A DNA stretch of 49,984 nucleotides, counting the filler, from Bipalium vagum (Eukaryota), in the NCBI GenBank assembly GCA_037834085.1. It is 3 parts of 3 records of this genome, joined end to end, with 100 filler letters (N's around TTAATTAATTAA, not from the genome) between each part and the next. Parts side by side here need not be neighbours in the genome. Positions count along the whole stretch, not along the records: positions 32,917 to 49,984 come from JBBMKC010080159.1; 2 more parts are not named here. One strand, given 5' to 3'. Shown here one piece after another: positions 48,186 through 49,984 of this stretch. The position numbers and the translations under genes are program-made. Below the pieces are notes generated by a model, which had not been told where the DNA came from, did not search any database, and saw nothing but the letters and a program-made list of their open reading frames with translations. How positions within the stretch are numbered: the stretch's first letter is position 1; every line of letters begins with the position of its first letter.

Positions 48186-48539
48186 TGTAAAAATGGTAAA
48201 TCGTCTCTCGAGCAACCAATTTGACTATTTTCAACACATCAACATCCAACCAATGGAAATCATCCAATCCGGCTCTTCTCACAATTCCACATAAAATTAA
48301 AAAATATACACTTTCCCAGGGGGCTCAGAAGAATTGGATTTAAATCAATTTGTCACACAGAAAATTAATCAATTAATAATGATAGTAATAATAAATAATA
48401 ATATTTTCAATTAAAGTTGAATATCATCACAGGTACCCTCAATGAAGATTTGATATCGCCTTTTTTCTCTTTTTAAAAATTTTTCTTTACAAAATTATAT
48501 ATTGTATTCACAAATTATATTACAGCCGACTCCGATTGC

Positions 48540-49480
48540 AATTGACCGACTGAAATAGTCTGTTTTATTCCTTGTCATCAACTATCCATGGTGAGCAGTT
48601 TTCCCTACCTACAACAATGTATCATTGAATGAAGGGTGTTGATGACTGTAAGTTATGTCTTGACTAAACAGTTCTTTCACCTTCTTTAAACTTCACGTGA
48701 AATATTACAAAACATTTACGAAGTAAATCACTCCAATAATGAACTCAACGTGTGAGGAAATATTAATAGAATTTATTCAAACGGACATTTGAAAGAATTG
48801 TGTGATTGGCGTTCCCTACACTTTACTTAATCGCTCAAGCTGTAACTTACTCTCAAAAATTTGGAGATTTTCTATTTTCTTTTTACTTTCTACTAGTCGA
48901 TTGAGAAAGTATTGACGAACAACATTCAAAGCAGAAATCGTTGAGGTAAGTAGTGACAGTGTTGGCACTTCAACATTCCTATTCTTTTTGTATTCTTTAG
49001 AATTATACTCTTCTGTAAGTGAAACTAAAGCGGAGATTTCTTCTTCTGTAAGAGATTCCGCAATCTCAAGGTTTTCGTCAACTTCACGTGAAGTTCTTAA
49101 ACGTCAGATCATGAATAGAAAATGCAGGAATATAAGTTTTTGAAAGATATTAGTAAAATGTGGAATTAATTGCTCATCCTCTTTACTATGTTCAGCTACT
49201 GCACTAGAATCGAAGATGCTTCTGTGAAGTCCTTTGTTCACATCAACAAGTCTATACGGTTGTACTCTAAAGAGAGCTTTGCCTTAAACAAGTATACCAT
49301 GGTGGCCATCTGCCCTAAAGGAGAGCCCCAGGATCCCGACCCCAATTCGTCCATAGTCTTTTTTCCAGAAACTATTTGTCTATCACCTAACCGAATCTGC
49401 ACTGAAGGCAACTATATATTTCTCATTTGTGATTTAGCTAAACTAATTCCACAGTTCAAAACTAACACTTGTTGTATTCT
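48540..49480 (-). mobile_element. Possible degraded Gypsy-type gag-pol remnant
   Basis: Broken coding-like minus-strand frames; GSGSWGSPLGQ is weakly like the protease G.GP.LLGR motif. Confidence 0.2.
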
Positions 49481-49984
49481 ACAGTAGGAAGTATTTAAAA
49501 TAAAATCTGGTGTAAATGACAATCAAATTCCCATACCATCATTTACAGCTATCCAAACAAAAAAATAACCTCTCAAGAAGTACATTTGTTAAAAAGTTGT
49601 TTCTTTTTATTATTTTACTTTTCATAAGAACTATTATATTAGTACTATAACAATTTTTTGGTGCTATATAACCATTAAATAATGATCCATATTTGGAATA
49701 AAGTGCCAAAATGCCCTCGAAGAAGAGCATCAACGAACGAAAACATATTTTTTAAAAACTTTTGGTTTAATTTGAATTTTAATTTTTTTGTCGTTCATTT
49801 TTTCAATATTTCAATTTAAACGTCACTTATTTTATGTGATCATCAAACAATTTTGCTCACTTTTGTCAATCCTTTGTGTCTTGAATATAAATAAATGTAT
49901 AAATGAATTTATTAGGTGTACAAGTTGAAAATGACGTTTTTTAAGACTGTAAAAAAGTTTATTTTTTACAAGAATAAACAAAAT

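Overview
Very AT-rich animal (invertebrate-type) genomic DNA with many tiny (41-60 bp) GT-AG introns and a few larger, transposon-filled introns. Two artificial 100-bp spacers (N44-TTAATTAATTAA-N44 at 16420-16519 and 32817-32916) split the window into three pieces that may not be contiguous. Genes reconstructed by hand-splicing: eIF4G (MIF4G-MA3-W2, + strand, start codon unresolved), Ku70/XRCC6 (+, cut by the second spacer), an LDL-receptor-related protein (YWTD beta-propeller/EGF modules, - strand, partial), a secreted C-type lectin + PAN/Apple protein (-), and a three-exon 127-aa ORF I cannot assign to a family (-). Most of the rest is degraded DNA transposons (mariner, pogo/Tigger, maT/DD37D, DD41D-like, piggyBac, MITEs), a Penelope fragment and LTR-like repeats. 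The most unusual element is a ~100-112 bp TG...CA repeat built around a tRNA-Ala-derived Pol III cassette. One copy looks like a solo LTR with a 5-bp TSD (15323-15434); the other is followed directly by a tRNA primer-binding site (45371-45488). This suggests a miniature LTR retroelement with a tRNA-derived promoter in its LTR. All calls were made by eye with no database searches.
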